A model generated the notes under the pieces. That model made no database searches and was not told the DNA's origin. It saw only the letters and a list, made by a program, of their open reading frames with translations. A stretch of DNA of 62,953 nt, the filler included, from a bacterium (GTDB taxonomy: Bacteria; JAMORN01), in assembly GCA_027063545.1 (NCBI GenBank). It is 20 parts of 20 records of this genome, joined end to end, with 100 filler letters (N's around TTAATTAATTAA, not from the genome) between each part and the next. Parts side by side here need not be neighbours in the genome. Positions count along the whole stretch, not along the records: positions 19,509 to 21,591 come from JAMORN010000024.1; positions 21,692 to 23,770 come from JAMORN010000025.1; positions 23,871 to 25,937 come from JAMORN010000026.1; positions 26,038 to 28,077 come from JAMORN010000027.1; positions 28,178 to 30,199 come from JAMORN010000028.1; positions 30,300 to 32,312 come from JAMORN010000029.1; 14 more parts are not named here. One strand, written 5' to 3'. The translations under genes were made by a program, and so were the position numbers. Numbering within the stretch: position 1 is the first letter of the stretch; every line of letters begins with the position of its first letter. Shown in pieces: positions 19,683 to 31,351 of this stretch.

Positions 19683-21186
19683 TATTTAACAATTCTCCTT
19701 TTATTATACTCTTAAATAAAAAGAAAATACTAAAAATTAAACTAATATAAAAGATAAAGTCTCCATATTTCGTATAAATAGAATTATAAGATATTAATTT
19801 TACTTCTCCAATTAAAACATCTCTTACATAAGGTGGAATACTTTTTATAACTTTTCCTTTATAATCTACAATTGCTGATATTCCCACATTTCCGCTTCTT
19901 ATTAAATATCTTCGAGTTTCAATAGCTCTTAATCTTGCCATATCAAAATGCTGATATATTTCATTTTTTCCAAACCAAGCATCATTAGATACAGTTATGA
20001 TAAAATTAGCTCCTTTTTTAACCTTTAACCTATTATAGAATGGGAAGATAGCCTCAAAACAAATTAAAGGTGAAATATTTATATTATTAAATCTTAATAA
20101 TTTTTCTTTATCTCCTGAAGAAAAATTTGATATACCTAAATGGAATTTATTTAAAAAACCTAAAATATGAGAAAAAGGAACATATTCTCCAAAAGGAACT
20201 AAAATAACTTTATCGTAATAATCTATAAGTTTAAAATTTTTATCAAATACAAATAAACTATTATAATATTTATAATCATCTTTTTCGTTTTTTAACCTAA
20301 GTGCTCCTATTATATTATATGTTTGAGATTTTCTTACAATATTTTTTACTTTCAAATAATCATATCTAGTATAAAAAAGATAACTAGGAGAAGCGGTCTC
20401 TGGCCATAAAATAAAATTTATATTCTTTTTTGTTTTTGATTTTGTTTTATCTATAAGACTGTTAAATATTATATAAGTACTATCCTTAAAATTTCTTTTC
20501 CATTTTTTTTCTTGTGGAATATTTGGTTGTAATACAGCCACGTTTAAACTCTTCTCTTCTGAAATAGTCCATATATACTCTCTATAAATTCCATAAATAA
20601 GAAAAAAAGTAAAGATAAATAGTGTTATATATAAATGAGAACGAGAAAATTTAAAAATTGAATAGTATAATCCAGATAAAAATAAAAATAAAAATAAACT
20701 AATACCCCATATACCCCATAAATCCGAGGTTTGTAGAAAAATATTTGAAAAATTAAGCATATATCCTAAAAAAAGCCATGGAAAACTAAGTATAGAAAAT
20801 TGTCTTATATATTCACTTATAATCCACAAAAAAGAAATTTTATATAAATTAAAATTTAATTTATTGCCTATATAAAATGGTAAAAAATTAAAAAATGCAA
20901 GTACAGAAACCATTAAAAAAAAACCTAAAAAAAATAAATCATTAGAAAATCTTCTTACATTTAAGAGCCAACTGATTTGAATAATATATGAAATAAAAAA
21001 AAATAAATATATATGAAAAAGAGATCTTTTTTTGTCATATAAATAAAAAACATATATAAAAGCAATAATCCCCCCTATAAAAAAATTATAGGGGGAAAAA
21101 CTAAAAGCATATAAAAGAGCAAAAAATATTGTTATAAATATATTATTTATTTTGATCTTCCTGAGAAAATTGCTTATTAGTTCCAT
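19669..21186 (-). CDS. lnt: Apolipoprotein N-acyltransferase
   Basis: FPW..LGY, QPNIPQ..KW, WPETA, YDK..LVPFGEY, LICFEAIF, SNDAWF, RAIE. Confidence 0.93.
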   Translation of the reverse strand: MELISNFLRKIKINNIFITIFFALLYAFSFSPYNFFIGGIIAFIYVFYLYDKKRSLFHIYLFFFISYIIQISWLLNVRRFSNDLFFLGFFLMVSVLAFFNFLPFYIGNKLNFNLYKISFLWIISEYIRQFSILSFPWLFLGYMLNFSNIFLQTSDLWGIWGISLFLFLFLSGLYYSIFKFSRSHLYITLFIFTFFLIYGIYREYIWTISEEKSLNVAVLQPNIPQEKKWKRNFKDSTYIIFNSLIDKTKSKTKKNINFILWPETASPSYLFYTRYDYLKVKNIVRKSQTYNIIGALRLKNEKDDYKYYNSLFVFDKNFKLIDYYDKVILVPFGEYVPFSHILGFLNKFHLGISNFSSGDKEKLLRFNNINISPLICFEAIFPFYNRLKVKKGANFIITVSNDAWFGKNEIYQHFDMARLRAIETRRYLIRSGNVGISAIVDYKGKVIKSIPPYVRDVLIGEVKLISYNSIYTKYGDFIFYISLIFSIFFLFKSIIKGELLNNEKN

Positions 21187-21325
21187 ACTTTAAAACCAAT
21201 ATGCTTTCATAAAACTTCATTATATTATAAGTACTTTTTTCTATATTATGGAGTTTAATTAGAAAATAAATATTAAGTACCATAAAAACTACAATCATCA
21301 CTATAAGTATATAAACAAGCATCAT
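21143..21325 (-). CDS. Small single-TM hypothetical protein
   Basis: Fills the asd-lnt gap on the same strand; hydrophobic N-terminus. Confidence 0.45.
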   Translation of the reverse strand: MMLVYILIVMIVVFMVLNIYFLIKLHNIEKSTYNIMKFYESILVLKYGTNKQFSQEDQNK

Positions 21326-21326
21326 A

Positions 21327-21591
21327 TTACAACCATCCGTTTTCTATTAAAAGTTCAGCAATTTGGACAGCATTTAATGCTGCTCCTTTTCTCAATTGGT
21401 CTGCTGAAGTCCAAAATGTTATTCCCTTAGGATTTGTTAAATCTTTTCTTATTCTTCCTACAAAAACTTCATCCTTATCTGCAGCAAAAAGAGGCATAGG
21501 ATACTCTTTTTTCTCTGGATCATCAACTAATTTTACCCCCTTGGCTTTCTTAAAAGCCTCTCTAACCTCTTCCAAAGAAAGTTCTCTTTCT
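21327..21591 (-). CDS. asd: Aspartate-semialdehyde dehydrogenase, C-terminal part
   Basis: [29 protein letters not shown]. Confidence 0.95.
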
Positions 21592-21691
21592 NNNNNNNNN
21601 NNNNNNNNNNNNNNNNNNNNNNNNNNNNNNNNNNNTTAATTAATTAANNNNNNNNNNNNNNNNNNNNNNNNNNNNNNNNNNNNNNNNNNNN

Positions 21692-22769
21692 TTATTTCTC
21701 CTTTACTTTTAAATGCACCAGTTTTAAAAACTAATTCAACAATATTTATCTTATCTTCTTTTAAGCGAATTTCAGGAATATTTTCAGGAATACCCTTTTT
21801 AGAAAATACTTTAATAAATTCTTCCTTTGCCTGTTTAGCCTTTTCTTCATCATGGAATATACTAACAATTGTTTCTGCTAAATATAGTTTTACATCTCTA
21901 GGATTTAATACACCAGATTTTGCCTTATCAATCAATTCTTTAATTTTTTCTTCTTCTACATCAGTAAGAAGAATAAAGTATTTTTCCATTAACTGATCAG
22001 GAATACTCATCACCTTCCCAAACATATTATTTGGATCTTCTTGGATTGAAATATAGTTTCCAAAGGATTTAGACATTTTTCTAACACCATCAAGCCCTTC
22101 CAAAATTGGCATTGTTATTATAACCTGAGGCTCTATCCCAAACTCTTTTTGTAAGTATCTCCCAACAAGCATATTGAATTTTTGATCAGTACCCCCAAGT
22201 TCTATATCATTTTTTAACATAACAGAATCATATCCTTGCATAATTGGGTATAAAAACTCTATTAAAGAAATAGGAAGACCTTTTGCATATCTATTTGCAA
22301 AATCTTCTCTTTCAAGCATCTGAGCAACTGTATATTTAGCAAGTAAATCAAAAACATCTTCAAATTTCATTTTTCCAAACCATTCACTATTGAAAACTAC
22401 TTCTGTTTTATTAGGATCTAATATTTTAAAGGCTTGGTTTTGATATGTTTGAGCATTTTTCAAAACCTCTTCACGAGAAAGTCTTTTTCTTGTTTCGCTT
22501 CTTCCTGTAGGGTCACCAATCATTGCGGTAAAATCACCAATAATTAATTTTACTCTATGTCCTAAATCTTGAAGTTGTCTTAATTTCCTTAATGTTACAG
22601 CATGACCTAAATGAAGATCTGGAGCAGTAGGGTCAAATCCTTGTTTTACTATTAAAGGTTTATTTTCAGATATTGCTTTTTCTAATTTTTTTCTTAGATC
22701 ATTTTCATCTATTAAATCTACAATTCCCCTTTTTATTTTTTGAAGTTGAAATTCTATATTTTTGCTCAT
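21692..22769 (-). CDS. tyrS: Tyrosine--tRNA ligase, 3'-truncated
   Basis: [32 protein letters not shown]. Confidence 0.97.
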
Positions 22770-22935
22770 ATATCCTCCTTTAAGCTTTTAAAAATAATTA
22801 AATATTAAATTTTATTTACTGTTAAACTAAATATTTACAAATTTAAAAATAATAATTTATATTTGATAATACTAAACGTAAATTAGATAATAATTTAGAA
22901 TATTAACATTTAATTAAAAAAATAGGATAAAAAGA

Positions 22936-23770
22936 TTGAAAAATCAGAAAAATATAGAAGAATATCAACTTGATTTTCTTAGTATTTTAAGAGTTGTTAT
23001 AAAAAATTGGAAATTATATATACTTTCCATAATAGTATTAACTTCTATTTTTATCATTATTGCTAAAATAAAAAAGGATTATTATAATACTACTGTGAAG
23101 ATTATTTATCAACAGTCAAATATGAGCTCAGCTGATTTAGGTGTTTTAGGGCAACTTGCAGGTTTTGGTTTAGGGACAAATAAAGGTTATAAGCCTTTTA
23201 TTCCAGATATATTATATTCAAATTTTATTCTTGACTCTATTATAAATAGAAAATGGAAATTATCAAATGGTCAGTATATAACTTTACAAAAGTTATGGAA
23301 TATAGAAATTGATTCAAATGTAAATAATAGAAAAGAAGTTTTAAAACATGTTTTAAGATCCAAATTAAGAGATGACAATTATATAGTATATGGTATGTCA
23401 AGAGCAGGACTTATAACTATTATTACTTCATTTGAAGATCCATTATTAAGTTATGAGGTAAATAAATATATAGTAAAACTTCTTAATGATTTTGTTATAA
23501 ATCAAATACATTATAAAGCAAGAGAAAGTCGTAAATTTATAGAAAAACTGATGAGAAAAGCAAAAGAGGAACTAGAAGAAGCAGAAAATAATCTAACAAC
23601 ATTTGTAGAAAAAAATAGAATAATAAATTCTCCTTATTTAAAATTGAGGTATGAAAGATTACAAAGAAATGTAGAGATAAAAAAACAAATTTATTTACTA
23701 CTATTAAAAGAGTATAATATGGCTTTGATTAAAGAAGAAAAAGCTGTGCCTGTTTTTGATGTTATAGACC
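22936..23770 (+). CDS. Wzz/GumC-type polysaccharide chain-length determinant, truncated
   Basis: N-terminal TM, LGQLAG, F.DP..S...N, coiled coil, C-terminal VID.P. Confidence 0.75.
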
Positions 23771-23870
23771 NNNNNNNNNNNNNNNNNNNNNNNNNNNNNN
23801 NNNNNNNNNNNNNNTTAATTAATTAANNNNNNNNNNNNNNNNNNNNNNNNNNNNNNNNNNNNNNNNNNNN

Positions 23871-24162
23871 CAATATGTCCATCAAGTCTTGAAGTTGCAG
23901 ATAAGGCTCTTTCTAGATTAACAATGCTTGATTTTTTTAAAAACTTAATATTTGAGCGTTTTAGAGTCTCTGGAGTTGCTTCTACTTTGAATGTGTTATC
24001 TTTTATTTCTATTACAGTTAAGCAAACACCATTTATACTTATGCTACTACCTATTTTTATATCATCAAAATTTTTTAAAGGAGTTATACTAAGAATTATA
24101 TTCTCTTTTTTTCTTTTAATTTCATCAATTTTGCCTGTAGTTTCTATTATCCCAGAGAACAT
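23871..24162 (-). CDS. ribE: Riboflavin synthase alpha chain, truncated
   Basis: MFSGIIE, SISINGVCLTV, VNLERAL, RLDGH. Confidence 0.93.
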
Positions 24163-24181
24163 ACTTATTCTTATTCCTTTT

Positions 24182-25300
24182 TTATTTAAGAATATAATCT
24201 TTTACATATATTATTACAAAATTATTTTTTCCTAATTTTTTCTGTTTGAATAAGTTTAAGTTAATTTCAGAGAAATCTAAATATTCATTAAATAATTTTA
24301 TACCATTTTTTAAAATTTTATTAGAATAAAATAAATTTAATTCATCATATATATCTTCTTGGAGAAAGAAATTGAAAATTTTAGCCCCTCCTTCAATAAG
24401 AATAGAATAAATCTCATAATTCTTTTTTAAAATCGCAAATATTTCTAATATTTCTTTAGTATCCTTAGAATTTTTATTGAAAACTTTAATATTCTCTTTT
24501 TTATTAAAAAAACTTTTTTCTTCTTTACTAAAATTATCACCAATTATAAAAATATTTGTATCTTTTTGTTTAAATATATTTAGATTTTCCAGTTGTTCTG
24601 GAGATAGATGTCTACGGGATGACCATAAAATAATTTTATTTATATTACTCTTTTCTCCATAGTTTTTAAATTTGTATCTTATATTTAAAAGAGGATTATC
24701 AACTATTAATGTATCAAAACCAACTAGTATTGCATCGTAAAAATGTCTTAATCTGTGAGAAAATCTTTTACTAGCTTCATTTGTTAGCCATATCTGAGAA
24801 TCTTTTTTTCCTATATATCCATCTAAGGAAGTTGCTATTTTAAGAGTTATATATGGGAGATTAGAATTTAGATGTTTTATAAAAAATCTATGAAGATATT
24901 TAATTTCATCTTTTAAAAAATTGTATTTTACAACTTTTTTATTGGTTTCTAATATTTTTATTCCATTACCATTGACTTTAGGATTTGGATCTGTTATCCC
25001 AATAATAACCTCTTTTATTTTTGTTTTGGAAATTTCTATAGCACAGGCAGGGGTTCTACCATAAAATGAACAGGGTTCTAGGGTAACATACATAGAGGAG
25101 TTTTCGAGGGAATATCCATTTTTAATAGCATCTTCAATTGCCATAATTTCTGCATGTTTACCAGGAGGGGGTTGGGTTGAGCCTTTCCCAATTATTTTGT
25201 TATTTTTTACAATAACTGCTCCAACAGATGGATTATCCTTTGTAATACCTAGATTTCTATAACCTAAAGCTATAGCGTATTTTAAATATTTTAAATTCAT
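24182..25300 (-). CDS. ribD: Riboflavin deaminase/reductase
   Basis: NPSVGAVIV, HAE, TLEPC...TPAC, K.ATSLDG, IEGG. Confidence 0.93.
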   Translation of the reverse strand: MNLKYLKYAIALGYRNLGITKDNPSVGAVIVKNNKIIGKGSTQPPPGKHAEIMAIEDAIKNGYSLENSSMYVTLEPCSFYGRTPACAIEISKTKIKEVIIGITDPNPKVNGNGIKILETNKKVVKYNFLKDEIKYLHRFFIKHLNSNLPYITLKIATSLDGYIGKKDSQIWLTNEASKRFSHRLRHFYDAILVGFDTLIVDNPLLNIRYKFKNYGEKSNINKIILWSSRRHLSPEQLENLNIFKQKDTNIFIIGDNFSKEEKSFFNKKENIKVFNKNSKDTKEILEIFAILKKNYEIYSILIEGGAKIFNFFLQEDIYDELNLFYSNKILKNGIKLFNEYLDFSEINLNLFKQKKLGKNNFVIIYVKDYILK

Positions 25301-25361
25301 TGCTTTTATATTGTTTAGTTTATAATTTTACAAAAAATAAAAAATAACTGGGGAATTTAAA

Positions 25362-25841
25362 ATGAAACTTTCATCTTTAGGTTATTTGATAAAAGATAAT
25401 AAAGTTTTAATGCTGTATAGAAATAAAAAGCTTAATGATGTTCATAAAGGAAAATATAATGGCGTAGGTGGAAAGTTTAAAAAAGGAGAATCTCCAGAAG
25501 ATTGTCTTAGAAGAGAGGTTAAAGAGGAAGTAGGGGTTGATATTGTTGATTATAGATTAAGAGGAATTATAACGTTTCCTTCATTTAAAGATGAGGAAGA
25601 TTGGATTGTTTTTGTATATTTAATAAATAAATGGAAAGGAGAAATAAACTACAATTCTCCTGAAGGAGAATTAAAATGGTTTAATATAGATGATATTTTT
25701 AATCTATCATTATGGGATGGAGATAGATTATTTTTAAAATGGCTTTTTTACGATAAAAAATTTTTTTCAGCAAAAATTATATATGATATAACAAAAGAAA
25801 ATGATTATATTCTTAGAGGTTATGAAGTAGAGTTTTTTTGA
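25362..25841 (+). CDS. Nudix hydrolase (8-oxo-dGTPase-like)
   Basis: GGKFKKGESPEDCLRREVKEEVG Nudix box; EGELKW, LWDGD. Confidence 0.88.
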   Translation: MKLSSLGYLIKDNKVLMLYRNKKLNDVHKGKYNGVGGKFKKGESPEDCLRREVKEEVGVDIVDYRLRGIITFPSFKDEEDWIVFVYLINKWKGEINYNSPEGELKWFNIDDIFNLSLWDGDRLFLKWLFYDKKFFSAKIIYDITKENDYILRGYEVEFF

Positions 25842-26037
25842 AGAAGGCTTTCCACTTCCCTGTGAAATTTTTACCATCTTACTTCCCTGTTTATGGTATT
25901 ATATTATCATCAATTAATTTATCTGCTAGTTTTTCTANNNNNNNNNNNNNNNNNNNNNNNNNNNNNNNNNNNNNNNNNNNNTTAATTAATTAANNNNNNN
26001 NNNNNNNNNNNNNNNNNNNNNNNNNNNNNNNNNNNNN

Positions 26038-26383
26038 TGATGTAATAATACAAAATGTTTCTTTAGAGGGTAAGACTGATATATCTTTTACAGTTAAAAA
26101 AACTGACTTAAACGACGCAAAACAACTTTTGGAGTCTTTAAGAAATGAATTAGAGTTTGGTGATATTATTACAGAGGAAGATATCGCAAAGGTTAGTATT
26201 GTTGGTGTTGGAATGAGAAGTCATTCGGGAGTTGCATATAAAATGTTTAAGGTATTAGCTGATTTAGGAATAAATATTGAAATGATTTCTACTTCAGAAA
26301 TAAAAATAAGTGTTGTGATAAAAGCTAATAAAAGTGATGAAGCAGTAAGGGCTCTTCATAAAGCATTTGAATTAGATAAGTAA
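26038..26383 (+). CDS. lysC: Aspartate kinase, C-terminal ACT domains
   Basis: [43 protein letters not shown]. Confidence 0.93.
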
Positions 26384-26412
26384 GTTGTTCTATTAATATT
26401 CTATAGATATTC

Positions 26413-26479
26413 AAAATTCCCCTCCTTTAGTATATATATTGTTATTTTTCTTTAAAATAAAAGGAGGGGGAGTTTTTTT
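26413..26479 (+). terminator. Long-loop inverted repeat after lysC, possible terminator
   Basis: TTCCCCTCCTTT ... AAAGGAGGGGGAG followed by a T-run; loop about 30 nt. Confidence 0.4.
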
Positions 26480-26488
26480 AAAAAATTA

Positions 26489-26515
26489 TAAAATCTATAT
26501 TTTTTTATCCGATAT
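26489..26515 (+). promoter_or_regulatory. Sigma-28 (FliA/SigD) promoter of fliD
   Basis: TAAA-N15-TCCGATAT versus consensus TAAA-N15-GCCGATA(A/T), 34 nt before the fliD ATG. Confidence 0.75.
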
Positions 26516-26549
26516 ATTATATTGAAAGAGGAAACAAGGAGGTCCTAAA

Positions 26550-28077
26550 ATGGCAACAACAGGATTACCACCAATCCAATTTGGAGGATTAGCTAGTGGA
26601 GTAGATGTTCATGGTATAATAGATCAATTAGTAGCTATAGAATATCAAAGAATAACACCTATAGCGGAAAGAAAAGATGAGGTTCAAGCAGAGATAACCG
26701 CTTTAGGGGGATTAGAAAATCTATTGGAAAAATTATCCTCTAAAGCTGAAGAATTTGAAGATAAAAAAGCTTTTTATTTATTTAATATAACATCTTCAAA
26801 TGAGGATATAGTAACAGCAGAAGCTACAGGTGATTATGATATAGGTCAAGGAACAATTAATGTAGAAGTAATTCAACTGGCAGTTAATGAAAAAGTTCAA
26901 TCAAATAGCCATACTGATCCAACAACAGCTTTAGGACTTTCAGGAACATTTTCTATTAATGGACAGAGTGTGAGTGTTACAGCAGGTGATACTTTATATG
27001 ATATAAGAGATAAGATTAATAATACTGATAATATAGGAGTAACAGCTACTGTTGTTAAGATATCAGATAATGATTATAGACTTATAATAACTTCAAATGA
27101 AGGAGGAGCAGCTGGTGCTACTTACGATGATCCTGATGGTATTCTTCAAAATCTAGGAATTTTAGATTCATCTTTAAATAAAAATATCTTAGTTTCAGGG
27201 AAGGATGCTCATATTCAGGTAGATGGTATAGATGTTTATAGAACAACAAATGAAATAGATGATGTTATTCCAGGATTAAAGCTAAATTTAAATAAAGCAG
27301 AAGTAGGTACAATTGTAACAATAGATTTTTCTAGAGATCTAGAAGGAATAAAGAATAAAATTCAGGAATTTATAGATGCATATAATTCTGTTATTGACTA
27401 TATAAATACATATACTAAATATGATGCAGATAATAATAAAGCTAGAGAATTAACTAATTCTCAAGTAGTTAGAAGAGTAATTTCTGATTTAAGAGAAATA
27501 GTTAATAAAGATTATAGTGGTTATTTACCTGATGGATTTACTTCATTGGCAAGTATAGGTATAACAACTGATAAGTCAACAGGAAAGTTACAAATAGACT
27601 CAGAAAAGCTAGAGGAAAAAATAAATGAAAATTTTGATGCTTTTGTAAAATTATTTGGTGTATCAGGAGAGACTGATACAACAGGATTAGAATATGGAAG
27701 GGCATCTTGGGAGACACAAACAGGAACATATTATGTTGATATTAATAGTAGCACTATAGGTGGATATGCTGCTACTATTACAGGAAATATAATTGTAGGA
27801 GATGAAGGGCCCGTAAAAGGTTTAACTTTAAGTTTTAATACAGGTGTTACAGAAGGAAATGTAACATTTATAAAAGGTATAGCAGGAGAGTTTAAAGATT
27901 TAATAGATCATTCAATGTTAGATGTAGAATATGGTTATATAAAGACTGAGCAAGATCATTTGAATAATGTAGTTGATAACTATAATAAACAGATAGAAAA
28001 GATGGAAGATAGAATAGAAACATATAGAGAACAATTAGTGAGACAATTTGCTTCTATTGAGATGATGATAACAAAGA
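26550..28077 (+). CDS. fliD: Flagellar filament cap protein, 3'-truncated
   Basis: FGGLASG.D...II.QL, V.QLA, DA.I.VDG...R.TN...D.IPG, F.DAYN, LASIGIT, L..QF..(I/M)E. Confidence 0.93.
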
Positions 28078-28177
28078 NNNNNNNNNNNNNNNNNNNNNNN
28101 NNNNNNNNNNNNNNNNNNNNNTTAATTAATTAANNNNNNNNNNNNNNNNNNNNNNNNNNNNNNNNNNNNNNNNNNNN

Positions 28178-28715
28178 TTGCATAAAAACTAAAACAAGCA
28201 CCCGAGGTTAAACTTCCCGGTGAAATCCCTTCATATCTTGATTCTATTGCATGGGCTGCATCCTCTATAACAGGTATGTTATATTTTTCTGAAATCTCAT
28301 TTACTCTCTTTACATTAACCATATTACCATATAAATGAACAATAACAATAGCCTTTGTTTTGGGAGAAATCGCTTCCTCAACCCTATCTAGATCAATAAG
28401 TCCAGATTCCTCTTCCACATCAACAAAAACAGGTTTTGCTCCTAAAAATTCTATAGCATTGGCTGTTGCAACAAATGTTAAAGGTGTTGTTATAACTTCA
28501 TCTCCTGCTTTTATCCCAACTGACTTTAAAAGAAGATGAAGCGCACTTGTAGCAGAATTTGTTCCCACTGCATACTTAACACCTAAATACTTGGAAAACT
28601 TGTCCTCAAATTCCTTTGTTTTTGATGAGGTAGTTAAAAATATTGATCTTAATACCTCATTAACCCTTTTTATATCCTCTTCATCTATTGTGTGCTTATA
28701 AAACTCTACCTTCAT
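28178..28715 (-). CDS. DegT/DnrJ/EryC1/StrS sugar aminotransferase, truncated
   Basis: NSATSALHL, GDEVITTPLTFVATAN, VHLYG, IEDAAHA, FSFYA. Confidence 0.92.
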
Positions 28716-28721
28716 ATCACT

Positions 28722-30191
28722 CTATCCCTTATAATACCCTTCCAGTTGTGTTATAAAATCCTCTTTTATAATAGAAGAATAGGCTTTTTCTGCAAACTCT
28801 AAAGATAATTCCCTATACTCATCTATTTTATTCTGATTTTCTATTAAAAACTTTATTTTTTCTAAATATTGTGTGAAATTTCCTGGACTTACAAGAAACA
28901 TTTCAAAATAGTCTTTAATTATAGGCTTTTTATCCATTCCATCTTCAAATAAACCTCTCATCTCTTCATATAAAACCTTTGAGAAATTAAATTCTTCTAC
29001 TTCATACTCTTTTTTATAACTTTCTAAAAAGTAATTATAATCTTTTCCTTTTAATATAGATTCTATAATCTTATATTGATAACCTGTTCTTGACATTATA
29101 GCAATAACACCTCGGGATAAAAGTTCTGTCATTGTTGAACCAACCATATATAAATTGGTATTTATATTCACAACCACATCAATCTCTGAGGCAATATAAT
29201 CTAAATCACTAGATGAATACCCTTCAGGGGTGATAAGTTTAATATGAGATGATAAAAACTCATCTGAGTTTATCCTATCCATAATCTCATTATAAAATTC
29301 ATTATCTACATCAACCTTACCAAAAAACCTAAATTCAAATTTTCCTTCATACTCTCTTAAGTTATCTATAATATTAATTAAAAAACTAATTCCCTTATGA
29401 ATAGCCCAATAATCAGTATTACCAAATATTATTTTTTCCCTATTTTTCCTTTTTAATTTAATAGGTTTCCCATGAGAATAGTAGATTGAAATAGGTAAAA
29501 ATCTATCCTTCTCAACGCCAAAAAGGAAATTATACACCTCTCTAAATGAATTTATTCCTATAATACCATCAACAACACTCCCCAAAAGATACTTACCATA
29601 ATTTAATCTTGAATTATAGGCTTTTATTAAATTAGAAGAATTCTTTTTCTCCATAAGTTGATAATTATCATATAAAATTGCAAGTTCCTCAATTAAAGAT
29701 TCAGGAGAAAAATCAGTAATACTCCAATGAGAATTATGGGAATATAAATATCTCTTTTTAGAAAATAAAAATATTGAACCTCCAAACATATATTGAAAAT
29801 CATTTAATGTAATAAAAACCCTATAACCTTTATCCTTAACTTTTTCTATTATAGAAAGAGGCATCATATGAAAGAAATGGATAACATCCCAGTTGGGATT
29901 TTTATCTAAAAATTCAAAAAATATTTTCTCGGTTTTCTCTTCATAAACCTCATTCATTGGATTAAATAAATCATAATAATATATTCCTTTATCCCTTAAA
30001 AGAAATCTATGAACAACCCCTTTATAAAAAGTATCCTTTATAATAAACTTATCCTCATTATGTTTAAAAGCACTAAAAACCTCAACATAATGTCCTCTTC
30101 TTCTTAATCCATCAACTATTAGATCAATAACTTTTGTTCCACCTGTAATATTTCTTGGTATTGGCAAATACCCTACTATTAATATTCTCAT
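28722..30191 (-). CDS. GT-B (family 4-like) glycosyltransferase
   Basis: MRILIV...P..TGG, L..RGH.V.V, DVIHFH-like, TLND, HKG; upstream of the aminotransferase. Confidence 0.7.
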   Translation of the reverse strand: MRILIVGYLPIPRNITGGTKVIDLIVDGLRRRGHYVEVFSAFKHNEDKFIIKDTFYKGVVHRFLLRDKGIYYYDLFNPMNEVYEEKTEKIFFEFLDKNPNWDVIHFFHMMPLSIIEKVKDKGYRVFITLNDFQYMFGGSIFLFSKKRYLYSHNSHWSITDFSPESLIEELAILYDNYQLMEKKNSSNLIKAYNSRLNYGKYLLGSVVDGIIGINSFREVYNFLFGVEKDRFLPISIYYSHGKPIKLKRKNREKIIFGNTDYWAIHKGISFLINIIDNLREYEGKFEFRFFGKVDVDNEFYNEIMDRINSDEFLSSHIKLITPEGYSSSDLDYIASEIDVVVNINTNLYMVGSTMTELLSRGVIAIMSRTGYQYKIIESILKGKDYNYFLESYKKEYEVEEFNFSKVLYEEMRGLFEDGMDKKPIIKDYFEMFLVSPGNFTQYLEKIKFLIENQNKIDEYRELSLEFAEKAYSSIIKEDFITQLEGYYKG

Positions 30192-30299
30192 ATATCAATN
30201 NNNNNNNNNNNNNNNNNNNNNNNNNNNNNNNNNNNNNNNNNNNTTAATTAATTAANNNNNNNNNNNNNNNNNNNNNNNNNNNNNNNNNNNNNNNNNNNN

Positions 30300-30581
30300 T
30301 AATATACTTATAATTATATCTTTTTGCTCCTTTAGACGTTTCTCTAAAAATACCAAAGTTACTCCTGAAATTACAGAGGCTATTGAACCACCAATAAATG
30401 GCGAAAATCCCAGATAATAGGCTATTCCAACCCCAGAAAAAGAAGCATGCGCTACAGCACCAGTTAAATATGTTAATCTATTAATTGTTATATAAGTACC
30501 AATTATTCCACCAATTATACTCAAAAAAATAGTAGCATATAAGGAATTTCTTAAAAATTCATAATTTAATAAATCTATCAT
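30300..30581 (-). CDS. znuB: Zn/Mn ABC transporter permease, truncated
   Basis: G.Y...R......AVAHASFSG; downstream of the ATPase. Confidence 0.85.
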
Positions 30582-31351
30582 TTTTTATTCTCCTCCTCAT
30601 ACATTTTAAATACTCTATGAGGAAAACCATGAGCAATTAATTCTACAGGGCACTCATAGGCTTCCCGTATCATCTCTTCAGTTAATTTATTCGAATCGGA
30701 TAAATATAATTTTCTATTTAAACATCCTACCCTTTCAACATAGGTAGAAACAACTGTCAAATCATGAGTTATCATTATAATAGTTTTATTAAGAGATTTT
30801 ATTAAATGGAAAATAGAAGAAGTACTCCTTGGATCAACACTTGCGGTTGGTTCATCCAATATTAAAATATCACTTTCAGTAGCTAAAGCTCTTGCTAAAA
30901 GGACTCTTTGAAGTTGTCCTCCCGATAGTTGAGATAACTGTTTATCTTTATAATTATATAAATCAACCTTTTTTAAACTTTCATAAGCTATTTCATAATC
31001 TTCATCTGTATAAAAAAATCTACCTCTTGTTTTCCCTAATCTACCCATTAAAACAACATCTATTACTTTTATAGGAAACTGTTTATCAAAATCTAAAAAC
31101 TGTGGGACATATCCTATTGTATATTTACTTTTTTCTCTTCTCTCTCCATAAATAAATATCTCTCCTGAATTTGGTTTTAACAGTCCAAGAATGAGTTTTA
31201 TTAAAGTTGTTTTTCCTCCACCGTTTGGACCTATTATAGCAAAAAATTCTTTATCATAAACTTGGAAAGAAATATTATTAATAATAAGTTCTGTATCATC
31301 ATAAGAAAAAGTAAGGTTTTTTACTTCAACAGCTATTTTTTTATCTTTCAT
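30578..31351 (-). CDS. znuC: Zn/Mn ABC transporter ATPase
   Basis: GPNGGGKT, GYVPQ, LSGGQ, ILDEPT, ELIAHGFPHRV. Confidence 0.88.
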   Translation of the reverse strand: MKDKKIAVEVKNLTFSYDDTELIINNISFQVYDKEFFAIIGPNGGGKTTLIKLILGLLKPNSGEIFIYGERREKSKYTIGYVPQFLDFDKQFPIKVIDVVLMGRLGKTRGRFFYTDEDYEIAYESLKKVDLYNYKDKQLSQLSGGQLQRVLLARALATESDILILDEPTASVDPRSTSSIFHLIKSLNKTIIMITHDLTVVSTYVERVGCLNRKLYLSDSNKLTEEMIREAYECPVELIAHGFPHRVFKMYEEENKK

